From the NCBI RefSeq assembly GCF_018350175.1, contig NC_058368.1:53942001-54006000 (forward strand): 64,000 bases of DNA, written 5' to 3'. Under the pieces are notes generated by a model that was not told where the DNA came from, searched no databases, and saw only the letters and a list, made by a program, of their open reading frames with translations. The position numbers and the translations under genes were made by a program. Origin of the DNA: Felis catus (taxonomy: Eukaryota). Numbering within the stretch: the first letter of the stretch is position 1; every line of letters starts with the position of its first letter. Shown here one piece after another: positions 12,955 to 23,058 of the stretch.

Positions 12955-13148
12955 ACATCTGAGTGTAAATAACAATTCTGGCACTTCCTAGCTATTATCT
13001 TTGGCACGTTTTTTAACCTTTCTGAACCTCAAGCTGGAAATAAGAAGAATTGGACACTTGCCACGAGCATTGCTGTGAGAATCACAGGCAAGGCACCTGG
13101 CACAAATTTGACCACAGAGTAAGCCTTCAATAAATAGTGGCTGCTGTT
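12955..13148 (+). mobile_element. MIR SINE
   Basis: cacttcctagctattatctttggcacgttttttaacctttctgaacctca...ggcacctggcac...agagtaagccttcaataaatagtggct. Confidence 0.7.
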
Positions 13149-13326
13149 GTGACCCACACTGCATTCTTGCCCCAAGTTTTACTTCTTTTACCTCCCTTCC
13201 AAGGCCCTTCAAGTCTTTGGCTCTAATAATGGAAGTGGGTTTTGAACATACAGAAATAGAATTGGGTCAGATGAACCAGAAAGAATAGAACAATAATTAG
13301 GGACACTGGAAAGTAAGTGTTCATTC

Positions 13327-13329
<3 letters not shown>

Positions 13330-13371
<42 letters not shown>
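13330..13371 (+). repeat. Poly(A) tract, 42 nt
   Basis: Uninterrupted A run read directly from the sequence. Confidence 0.98.
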
Positions 13372-13374
<3 letters not shown>

Positions 13375-13699
13375 TGATGCAGACCTCAGATTGTGGGTTA
13401 ATAGGAACCTTGGATTATGGTGCTAACATTATATCGTCACTTATTCCTTGGCTTTCTTTGCTCATTCTATGTATGATAGACAGTTTTGTAGTTCCTAGGA
13501 ACTATGAGAAATTCCAATTTTGAAGTTTCAGGAAAAAAAATATTGTATCTTCAGATAAAAGTACCTTTAGAATGTCTTTGAGAGTTCACCCTCTGATTGA
13601 ATTTCACTTTCTAATTTTATATTTCAATATTGCATGATATGCTACAAAAAGCAACTTTATCTGTTAAAAAGTGAGTAAATCTCCTATGCGATTGATCAA

Positions 13700-13862
13700 A
13701 TTTGACATGACTGACCCTCCCGACTTCACTAATTGTGCATTTGGTTTGTTAATTGATGAAATCAGGATAGCAATACCTACCCAAAAGAATTATTGGAATA
13801 TTTAAATTAAATATTTAAGTATAAATAAGGCTTGGCACATAGTATATGCTCAGTAAATGTTC
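13700..13862 (+). mobile_element. MIR SINE (degenerate)
   Basis: caatacctacc...aattattggaatatttaaattaaat...cttggcacatagtatatgctcagtaaatgt. Confidence 0.6.
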
Positions 13863-14267
13863 ATTTACGTCCATCTTCATACAGTGGTTACTCAGCATAA
13901 GTGGTTTTACTAACCGCAAATGATTTGGGGGGAAAAGGGCAGAGAAGTATTACTATTTCTTCAAATCCACAGTCTAAATTGTTGGTTTATCTTGAAGACC
14001 TCCTTATAAGCTGCCATTAACTTAAAAGAAAATCTTTGAGACATGAAGCTAAAACTTAGTGCTTTGCAAATACAATATGCCTCAACATTTGGGATTTGCT
14101 TTCTCAATAAGTTCTGACTAAATGTATGGAAACCTATTAACATTTAGTTTGGTTTCTGCAAAGAGAAACAGCTTTCAAAACTACAAAAACCTTCTAGATT
14201 ATATCTACTCTGGGGCAAGAAAAAAATCTTGGCAAGCCTGGATTTTATTCTAAAAGGCAGCTATTTC

Positions 14268-14403
14268 AGGGGCGCCTGCGTGGCTCGGTTGGTTGAGTGT
14301 CTGCCTCTTGATTTCAGCTCAGGTCATGCTCTCACCTTTCATGGGTTTGAGCCCCACAGCTGTCAGCGCAGAGCCTGCTTAAGATTCTCTCTCCCTCTCT
14401 CTC

Positions 14404-14436
<33 letters not shown>

Positions 14437-14519
14437 GCTCCCCACCCCCCCCCCCCCCACTCAGCTTTCTCTGTCTGGCTAAAAATAAATAAATAAACAT
14501 TTTTAAAAATCAAAAAAAA
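14268..14519 (+). mobile_element. CAN-SINE
   Basis: aggggcgcctgcgtggctcggttggttgag head, long CT tract and A-rich tail. Imperfect TSD ta(a/g)aaggcagct(a/g)ttt on both sides. Confidence 0.95.
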
Positions 14520-15499
14520 TAGAAGGCAGCTGTTTTCTATCCTTTAATATAAGCCTCATAGGTATCAAACCTAAGGTCAGTTTAGAAGAACTCTATTTGG
14601 AAACAAGCTGCATCCCATTCTTTGAAAGCAGGCAGGAGCCTCTTCGGGCTCCCACCCCCATGGAATCGGCTGCACAGTGTCTTAACCCTTAGTGAGCATT
14701 GTTCTGGGAATACCTACCTTATGAAGGCACATTTAACATTTTAAGTGAATTCGGTGCCATATTTCTATGCAAACACTCACAACATAACTTTTATTCTGGG
14801 TTAAATCAGAGAAAGGCAGAGGCATTGTTGGTGAGACACAGTGGAGTTACTGTTCAGAATGTATAATGGCTCCGGGGCTGATTAGGAGGACATTTGTCCA
14901 GGAACTTAGAAAAGATAATGGTCATCAAAAGTAGTTCCAGATGTCCCACATAAACAAAATGCATCCAAACGCAGGTACTGTAGGGAGTCGGGGTTGGGGG
15001 AAGGGGGACAGATGCGGGCAAATGTAAATATCATGCCTTCACTTTTAAATTCTTCTTGACATCTAAAGGTAGTTAATTAATGAGGGCTCGTGGACTTGGA
15101 AAGAGTATTAGTAGTTAAGTACATTATAAGGCTAGGGGATCAGGACTAATTCTTTTCTAGTTCTGTGGAAAATTCGGTTGCCAGAATATTTATTTTAAAT
15201 ATAAAAGTTAATGAGTTAACCATAACAATAATAGCATAGATTTTTCCCTTCGTTTTTATTAGAAACAGATTAAGTATAATTTTTAACAAATAAATACATG
15301 TCAAAAATAGAGCAGTCATCTACTGCTTTTTGCATGAACATTTATCTATTCCAAAATTGCCCTGTTAATTAAAACTGCAAAATAAGTATTTTGCAGCTTT
15401 AAACTTATGTATAAAGAAAGATTGAATAACATGATAAATGTTGGCTGAAAATTGCAAACCAAAATTCTACATATGGTTAAGGTCTCAAAAGTCTATTTT

Positions 15500-15660
15500 T
15501 AATGTTGGAAGAAGACTGGAAGAAAATATACTGAAGTGTTCATAATGGTTGCCTTCCCATGGTGGTATCATGGTTGACTTTATTCGGTTTTATATTTCTA
15601 TTTCTGTATTTCATAGAATCTATATGTTTTATTTTTACAATCTTTGGGGGAATAAAACAA
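15500..15660 (+). mobile_element. Ancient L1 (L1ME-like) 3' UTR fragment
   Basis: aagactggaagaaaatatactgaagtgttcataatggttgcct... resembles old L1ME 3' ends. Confidence 0.55.
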
Positions 15661-17492
15661 ACTTTCTATGATATCATAATATAGAAATATCATATGCATA
15701 ATTCTCTTTCAGTAGAGATGACATTCACATCCCAAGGATTTGGCAGCTTTCTATCTTTTTTTTACTTGCTAAATTAATCGAACCATGCCGGGATATTTTT
15801 TTATTTCTTCTTAATCTCAATGAGAATTTTACTTTGAAACAAGAACTTCTAATTTTTTTTTTTTTTTTTTTGTCTACCCTCACACAGTGTTTGTGCTTTT
15901 TCTGGAATCCAAATTAGATGCCTTCAACAAACTAATCTCAAAGGCTGTAGAAAAACAGTGTCAACAGAGCCCTAGCCAGCACAGTCCCTGTGACTTTAAG
16001 AGTAGCATTCTGCTCCACCCCCCCCTCACACCCACATACTTGTCCTCTCTTTGCACAGCAAGTGCCAAGCAGTGACATCTACTATAGTTTCTAGGACACG
16101 ACGGTCTCTGCTATACAGGGAAAAAAAGGGAGAGCGAGCGAGAGAAAGAAGGCGGGTGGTGAGGGACAGAGAGCACAAATCCAGCTATGTTCCCAGAGGA
16201 TGAGTCACTTCCTCGCAATAATCCTGAGATGCTGTTTATGGCTGGGCTGCTGATATGCAGTGGGACGCAGCCTCCCCCTGGCTGTCCATTAATCACGAGG
16301 GGCTGTTACCCAGTGCACACAGAGTGGGAGTTCTCCCTACGAGTGGCCTCTAGCTGTCTCCAGCTCAATGAAATGACCCTGTGTGAAAACTTGTTTTATG
16401 AGAGATTGGTTTATTTGTAACTAAACTACTTCCTCCGTCATTTGATAAGCTCAAATATTTGCTACTGATAGTCTGAGAGTGTCACATTTATTATCCTATT
16501 TCAGTGGTTGCCCAACTTCTTTGGAACTGGCTCCGTTAACCCTTGGAGGGGTAGCAGTAGCTTTTAATAAACCAGCTTCTATTTTCTTTGAGCAAAGTCA
16601 ATGCCATCGTGCAGGCAATTTGCATTATTTTAGACCAAGTATGACACGTGAATCCGAGAGGGACCTTTCTGTTCCATAACAGAACATGAACAACTATAGC
16701 AAAAGGGGGTTCTGTAGAACTCCTGAGAAGTTCTGAAGCCACACCAAAAAAGGAGGGGAAAGTATTCTCATTCACTAACATACATCTAAGATGTTCCATA
16801 CATATTAGTATTTCTGAAATTGCAAATTTTAAATATGTTGCAGTGATTTCTATAGTTTCTTAGACCCCGAAATATCATGTGGAGAGCATGCTGTCTTAAA
16901 TACTGTAGCATTCTGCATTTTGAAACTTTGCCTTTTGGAGTCTGAGCTCATTTGCATTTGGCAGAACTAGATTTCCTGCTTCTACAGAGGGGGGGGTGTG
17001 GTGGTGAAAGCCTTTACAGTGCTCCCTCAAAGGGCTTTCTGAACATATTAAACTATGTTTCCAAGAGTTAAGTGAACCAGAATGAGGCAGATTTCATTGG
17101 AAATGAAAAAGAAATACAGGCTTTGTTACACGCAATACATTTGAAAAACCTAAATTGAAATATCTTTCCTGACAAACCCGTATTGGGACTATTTTTCAGT
17201 TCTCTTGCTCTCTGACGGGCTACACAGAACTCTCAGTGAATGTAGAAGAGGCTAAGGAAATAACCACTTATGTGTGGCAAAATGTTCCAGCCTTGCAGAG
17301 ATTTTCCCAAAATCATTAGACCCACCAAAACGCTTTCCATTGGCCAAGTCCACACCTTCTTCATCAGATTTTCCACACTTCTCCAGACTCCAAGTTCTGT
17401 CCATCTGTATTTCCTAAGAGAGCCAGTCATTTGTAGCCAAAAATGTAACAGAGTTTACGCTCATAAACCAGAGATCTCCTCAACTGTCAATC

Positions 17493-17581
17493 GAAGGGAA
17501 GGGAAGGGAAGGGAAAGGAAGGGAAAGGAAGGGAAGGGGAGGGGAGGGGAGGGGAGGGGAGGGGAGGGGAGGGAGAAAAAA
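17493..17581 (+). repeat. Polypurine (GGGAA)n/(GGGGA)n tract
   Basis: Pure purine run including 7 tandem GGGGA units at 17536-17570. Confidence 0.97.
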
Positions 17582-18156
17582 TTTACCTCCTAACTCAGAT
17601 TTACCCTCACTCGCAGAAGAGGAGGTGAATTTAAGGCAACTGCACTCTGAGGGCAGACAGAGATGAACATGAAAAGAGTCAGCTAAGTCTGTCCCACTGG
17701 GATGGCGAATGGGAGGGGGGTGTGCTTTGATGTCATGGAACCCACTTCTGGTCACTTTTAGGCCCAGCTGTCACCACATGGCCTCTCCACATAATTACCC
17801 CAACTGCCTATAAGTGGAACAAAGACTGGACCTGAATGATAGTCTGAATTGTCATCCTCAATGGATTTGTATTCAGAAATAATCTACGATTGTGTTGCAT
17901 AGATTTTATGTTAGAGCTCCCATCCCTTCCTTTATTTTGTTTGTTTTGTTTATTGTGGTAAGAAACACATAACATGAGATCTACCCTCCTAACAGATTTT
18001 TCAATGGACAGCACAGTATTGTTAACCATAGGCCCAATGTTATATGGCAGATCTCTAGATCTTTTTCATCCTGCATGACTGAAACTTTATGCTTATTGAA
18101 TAGCCACTCTGGCAACCACCATTCTACTCTGTGCTTCCATGAGGCTGACAACTTTA

Positions 18157-18368
18157 TTTATTTGTTTTTTTTTTACATTTATTTATTTTTGAGAGACAGA
18201 GCACAAGTGGGGGAGGGGCAGAGAGAGAAAGAGATACAGAATCCAAAGCAGGCTCCAAGCTCTGAGCCGTCAGCACAGAGCCCGACGTGGGGCTCGAACT
18301 CACAAACTGTGGGATCATGACCTAAGCCGAAGTGGGACACTTAACTGACTGAGCCACCCAGGCACCCC
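18157..18368 (-). mobile_element. CAN-SINE nested in L1
   Basis: Full antisense SINE. TSD agg(c/t)tgacaacttta at 18142-18156 and 18370-18384. Confidence 0.96.
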
Positions 18369-18632
18369 AAGGTTGACAACTTTAGATACCTCATATAAAT
18401 GGAATCATGTAGTATTTGTCCTTCTGTGACTGGTTTATTTCACTTAGCATAATGTGTGCTACTTTCATCCATGTTGTAGCATATGACAGGATTTCCCTTT
18501 TATGGCTGGATAATACTTGTGTGTGAGATATATATACATGAGTGAGATACATATATATCTCACACACATACATTTTCTTTATCCATTCATCAATTGATGG
18601 GTATTTATGTTGTTTCGTCTTTTTAGCTATTA

Positions 18633-18667
18633 TACACTTGATCTTAGCCAAAAGGCCGAGAAGCTAT
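18633..18667 (-). pseudogene. 3'-truncated U2 snRNA retropseudogene (nt 1-35)
   Basis: Reverse complement ATAGCTTCTCGGCCTTTTGGCTAAGATCAAGTGTA matches the U2 5' end (ATCGCTTCTCGGCCTTTTGGCTAAGATCAAGTGTA) at 34/35. Flanked by the direct repeat tctttttagctattata at 18618-18634 and 18667-18683. Confidence 0.95.
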
Positions 18668-18717
18668 CTTTTTAGCTATTATAAATAATGCTTCATTGGA
18701 CATGGCAGTGCAAATAT

Positions 18718-19386
18718 CATATATCTGATAAGGAGTTAATACCCAAAATATACAAGGAACTCCTACAACTCAATAGCAAAAAAGCAAAGATGTGCAAAAG
18801 ACTTGAGTAGACATTTCTCCAAGGAAGACGTACAAATTGCCAACAGGTATACATAAAGATGTCCAACACCACTAATTATTAGAGAAATGCAAATCAAAAC
18901 CACAATGAGGTATCACCTCATACCTGTTGGATTGGTCTTTAAAAAAAAAAAAAAAAGCGGGGGGGTTGGTGTGCCTGGGTGGCTCAGTCAGTTAAGCGTC
19001 CAACTTCGGCTCAGGTCATGATCTCGCAGTTTGTGAGTTCGAGCCCTGCGTCAGTCGCTGTGCTAAACGCTCAGAGCCTGGAGCCTGCTTCAGATTCTGT
19101 GTCTCCCCCTCTCTCTGCCCCTCCCCTGCTCATGATCTGTGTGTCTCTGTCTCTCAATAATAAATATTTTAAAAAGGTAATAACAAGTGTTGGTGAGGAT
19201 GCAAAGAAATTGAAACGCTTAAACACTGGCTGTGGGAATATAAAATGGTGCAGCCACTATAGAGCCACTATAAATTTAACAATAGAACCACCATATGATC
19301 CAGCAATCCCATTCCTGGGTACTTATCCAAAAAAGTTGAAATCAAGACCTCAAACAAGTATCTGGATTCCCAGTTCATGGCAACAT
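18718..19386 (+). mobile_element. LINE-1 ORF2 C-terminal region (opposite orientation to the adjacent L1 3' end)
   Basis: atatctgataaggagttaatacccaaaatatacaaggaactcctacaactc...gaaatgcaaatcaaaaccacaatgaggtatcacctca...catatgatccagcaatcccattcctgggt. Confidence 0.92.
18968..19175 (+). mobile_element. CAN-SINE nested in L1
   Basis: gcctgggtggctcagtcagttaagcgtccaacttcggctcaggtcatgatctc...gagcctgcttcagattctgtgtctccc. It sits in an A-run of the L1. Confidence 0.95.
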
Positions 19387-19489
19387 CTTGGGCTTTTGTT
19401 GGTTTTTTTCCTTTATTTAGAAATTCTGCCCATGTAGACTTTACATTCTGTCAAGTGCAGTGAAGTGATGACAGGATGGAAAAAGAAGG

Positions 19490-19925
19490 AATTCAGTCCA
19501 GGCACCTAAGCTTTAATTAGCACTTTAACATTTACCATCAATATGACCTCCTGTAGGTCATTTAAATTGCCTAGGTCTTGGGGCGCCTGGGTGGCGCAGT
19601 CGGTTAAGCGTCCGACTTCAGCCAGGTCACGATCTCGCGGTCCGTGAGTTCGAGCCCCGCGTCAGGCTCTGGGCTGATGGCTCAGAGCCTGGAGGCTGTT
19701 TCCGATTCTGTGTCTCCCTCTCTCTCTGCCCCTCCCCCGTTCATGCTCTGTCTCTCTCTGTCCCAAAAAAAATAAATAAACGTTGAAAAAAAAAAAATAA
19801 ATTGCCTAGGTCTTGATTTTCTTTTCTCTCAAGGATTATCATATCCTCTACCTTAAGGGTTGTTTTAAGAATTAAATGGGATAACTTGTATAAATGTAGA
19901 GTATCACCCAAATGTTTGTTGTTGT
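19490..19925 (+). mobile_element. MIR SINE split by a young CAN-SINE
   Basis: MIR-like text continues across the SINE: atgacctcctgtaggtcatttaaattgcctaggtcttg | attttc...taagggttgttttaagaattaaatgggataa. Confidence 0.6.
19580..19797 (+). mobile_element. Young feline CAN-SINE (SINEC_Fc-type)
   Basis: CpG-intact ggggcgcctgggtggcgcagtcggttaagcgtccgacttcagccagg head and aaacgttgaaaa tail. Perfect 17-nt TSD taaattgcctaggtctt at 19563-19579 and 19798-19814. Confidence 0.98.
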
Positions 19926-20808
19926 AACATGAATGAGCAAAACAAAATTCTACTTATCCCTTCCCCCTTCACAAAATAGAAACAAATCCACTGTAGAATT
20001 TGAGTTTTCTAATCTTCATAAATTCTGGATTATTAACTGGAAAAACTAGTTTTTCCTGTCTCTTTTGCCATGTAGATACACAAATATTTTACTTTAAAAA
20101 AAATGGACAATAAAGTCTATGTGGGTATGTACATAATATATTAAGTTTTCTTGGATGAACCTTTCTAAAACTGTGCACCATCCTTATATAATAAATATAT
20201 TTTCAGGCAAGGAAATTTTAAAAACATATTTCTATGTTAAAAACATACCTGATAATTGCTATTACTTATGCTCAGCCAGTGAGTCACAGGTTCCAGGACA
20301 GAAGACTAATAATCAAAGTTGATATAGCTATGAAATGAAGCCGAAGTTCTCCTGGTCAGGATGTCCAGCACTAACTTCCCATTGCGAGCACCTATGCTGG
20401 GGAGGGGAGGGAGAAGGGTGATTTGGTCGCCCAAGATGGTACCCCTTTATTTTACATTCAACTTTCTGTAGTTCTCTTGCGTTACCCATTCTACCACATT
20501 GTTTTCTGTAGCTCAACATACCAAATCAGTTCACTGGTACTACAATGCTTACTGGAATATGGAGACAACTTGTGGGGATGAACTATATATACCTGAAGCT
20601 AATTTCCGCACAAGGTCGTACTATTTGGTTGGCTCGGTGGTTCCTTCCGAGCGTTTTTAGTTTTCCCTTCATTCCTTTTAGTTCACAGTGCCTGCTGAGT
20701 ATTAGAGACTCACATGGAAGAGGTTTTTTTGTTGTTATTCTTATTCCTAACCCTGTGTTCTATATCCTGGAGATGAACTTGACATATCTATTAACACGTC
20801 TTGATTCT

Positions 20809-21045
20809 TTTTTTTTTTTTTTTTTTTTTAATTTTTTTTTCAACGTTTTTATTTATTTTTGGGACAGAGAGAGACAGAGCATGAACGGGGGAAGGGCAGA
20901 GAGAGAGGGAGACACAGAATCGGAAACAGGCTCCAGGCTCCGAGCCATCAGCCCAGAGCCCGACGCGGGGCTCGAACTCACGGACCGCGAGATCGCGACC
21001 TGGCTGAAGTCGGACGCTAAACCGACTGCGCCACCCAAGCGCCCC
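20809..21045 (-). mobile_element. Young feline CAN-SINE (SINEC_Fc-type)
   Basis: CpG-intact copy with a long T tract. Perfect 17-nt TSD taacacgtcttgattct at 20792-20808 and 21046-21062. Confidence 0.98.
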
Positions 21046-21119
21046 TAACACGTCTTGATTCTGATGCCACCCACAGCTGCGTCCTTTCTGGCCCATGATA
21101 TGATAGACTCATAACGATA

Positions 21120-21312
21120 ATTAAGATTTGGCATTTAAACTTAATTTGGATTTAAATACTGGCTTTTTAATCTATAGCTCTGTGACCTAGAGTAAATTAC
21201 TCACTAAACCTAAGGTTCCTCATGTGTAAAATGGCATTATTACCAATTGCAAATTGTTTTGTTAAATTTTATGTGAAGAGGCATGTAGAACACTTAGACT
21301 AGTACGGCACAT
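21120..21312 (+). mobile_element. MIR SINE
   Basis: tagctctgtgacctagagtaaattac...ttcctcatgtgtaaaatgg...agaacacttagactagtacggcacat. Confidence 0.8.
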
Positions 21313-21785
21313 GTGGAAATTCTTATTTTCTTTCTGCGGCATACATTGTTTTTTTTTTTTTTTTTTAATTATTTATTTAAAAGAAAAACACACAGGTATT
21401 ATGGAGAATATTACAAACTTCCCATTAAGTTTAAGGAAAAAAATGGGAGATTTGAAAGAATTTTTGCACATACTTTGGGCTTCTCTAGGCTATACTTTCA
21501 AGCTGCCACCTATTTATTTTTATTTTCCTCTGCTATTTCAGGGGCAATTTTTGAGAAGCACTATTTATTGTTTGAAACTTACCTATTGCAAATTATATAA
21601 ACATCAGCTGAAACTGACATAAGTGGAAAATGGGATTTGAAGGCTCATGTTGCTAAAATATACAAGGGTAGAATTCAGATGTAGCTGAATCCCAGATTCC
21701 AAGAATACCATATAGTAAGATTTTAATAGGTCTCTGTTATTAAAGATTGTTTTCATTCATCATTTCTCTGATCTGGATCAACTTA

Positions 21786-21793
<8 letters not shown>

Positions 21794-21847
<54 letters not shown>
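21794..21847 (+). repeat. (CT)n microsatellite
   Basis: About 27 TC units read directly. Confidence 0.97.
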
Positions 21848-21849
<2 letters not shown>

Positions 21850-22094
21850 TTTTTCTTCTATGTTTTCATTAAGAAAGTCCTATAAGATCTTAGTCACTCT
21901 GATTCCCAAGTGTCATCATTTTCAAGTAGGGTTTAAATCTAACCTTATCCTGAGTGGTACTGCTTGTTCCATTTCATCAAGCTAGCACTAACATAAAAGC
22001 ACATGGGAATGTTGAAGAAGACCTTTATCCGGTGGTATAGTGTTATATGGCAAATGGAAGTCTCAATCTCCAATGAAAAAACGAAGAAAGAGTT

Positions 22095-22302
22095 GGGGCA
22101 CTTGGGTGGCTCAGTCCATTAAACTTCTGTCTCTTGATTTTGGATCGGATCAGCTGTTCGTGAGTTCAAGTCCTGTGTGGGTCTTTGCTGCAGGAGCTCG
22201 GGCTCCTTACTGGATTCTCTCTCTCTCTCTCTCTCTGCCCCTTCCCCATTTGGGCATGCACATGCAGTCTCTCAAAATAAATAAACTTAAAAAAAAAAAA
22301 AG
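22095..22302 (+). mobile_element. CAN-SINE (diverged)
   Basis: ggggcacttgggtggctcagtcc head, CT tract, and caaaataaataaacttaaaaaa tail. Confidence 0.93.
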
Positions 22303-22429
22303 TAAGAAAGATTCAAGATTCCTGCTCTTCCCTCCTTTCTACTGAGGTAATGAATAGGTAGGTCACAATCTTAAAACATTACCCTACTTGATCTAAAATA
22401 TTTCACCTGAATACATTTGGAGATTTTTA

Positions 22430-22570
22430 CATTTTGTTTATATTTTGCCAACATTACCTACTTATTTTCCTGACTATAGAATGAGTTCCCCAAGGGAACA
22501 GAGTGTCTATTTTTACATGTATTTCTAAAACTTAGCACAGTGGCTGGCATATAGTAGGCGGTCACAAAAT
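22430..22570 (+). mobile_element. LINE-2 3' end
   Basis: gactatagaatgagttccccaaggga...cttagcacagtggctggcatatagtagg. Confidence 0.7.
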
Positions 22571-22714
22571 GTGACTCTATTTTATTTTATTCCCAAATTG
22601 TAATAATCTATTGGATTAAGTTTAATCACACATTTTCAAAAGTAATCTCCTAAAATGATGCTCTCTTAATTGCATAAAATGTATAAATTAAAATATGGAA
22701 TGTAAAAATACAGA

Positions 22715-22904
22715 ATTTTTTTTTTCTGTAAAGAAAACAGTAAGTTTTTTAGGTTTGCAGGTCATATGATCTGTTACAAGTAATCCTTGTAGTGGGAAAG
22801 CCGATACACAAGTGAATGGGTAATACTGTATTCCAATAGAACTTTATTTACAAAAACAGGCTATAGGCGGATTTGGCCCAGGGGCCATCATTTGCTAACC
22901 ACTG
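22715..22904. mobile_element. MER58A-like hAT-Charlie relic
   Basis: tttttctgtaaag...ttaggtttgcaggtcatatg...ttccaatagaactttatttacaaaaacagg...ggatttggccc...tttgctaaccactg. Confidence 0.8.
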
Positions 22905-22949
22905 TTCTAAAGCAAAGCAGAAGGTATGCAAGGTAAACTTACATTTTCC

Positions 22950-23058
22950 AGAGGGACCAACCATTCAAGCTGCCACGCACTGACAGTTTCCCAGGACAGG
23001 GGACTTTCAGTTTGAAAAACAGGATGATCCCAGGAAAACTGGAATGGGTTGGTCATTT
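22950..23058. mobile_element. MER94-like hAT-Blackjack relic
   Basis: gagggaccaacc...tttcccaggacaggggactttcagt...cccaggaaaactggaatgggttggtca, with inverted ends gaccaacc/ggttggtc. Confidence 0.7.

Larger units (their letters stand above)
17931..18718 (-). mobile_element. L1MA-type LINE-1 3' end (non-inverted part), interrupted by a SINE and a U2 fragment
   Basis: aacatgagatctaccctcctaacag...cagatctctaga...ggaatcatgtagtatttgtccttctgtgactggtttatttcacttagcataatg. T-rich decayed tail at about 17931-17954. Confidence 0.9.

Noticed and set aside
18979..19437. 152-aa ORF
   Set aside because: Chimeric read-through of a SINE into degenerate L1 ORF2, starting at a non-ATG codon.
20545..21048. Longest ORF in the track (167 aa)
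   Set aside because: Its second half is the antisense young SINE, including the poly-T read as poly-F. There is no recognisable domain.
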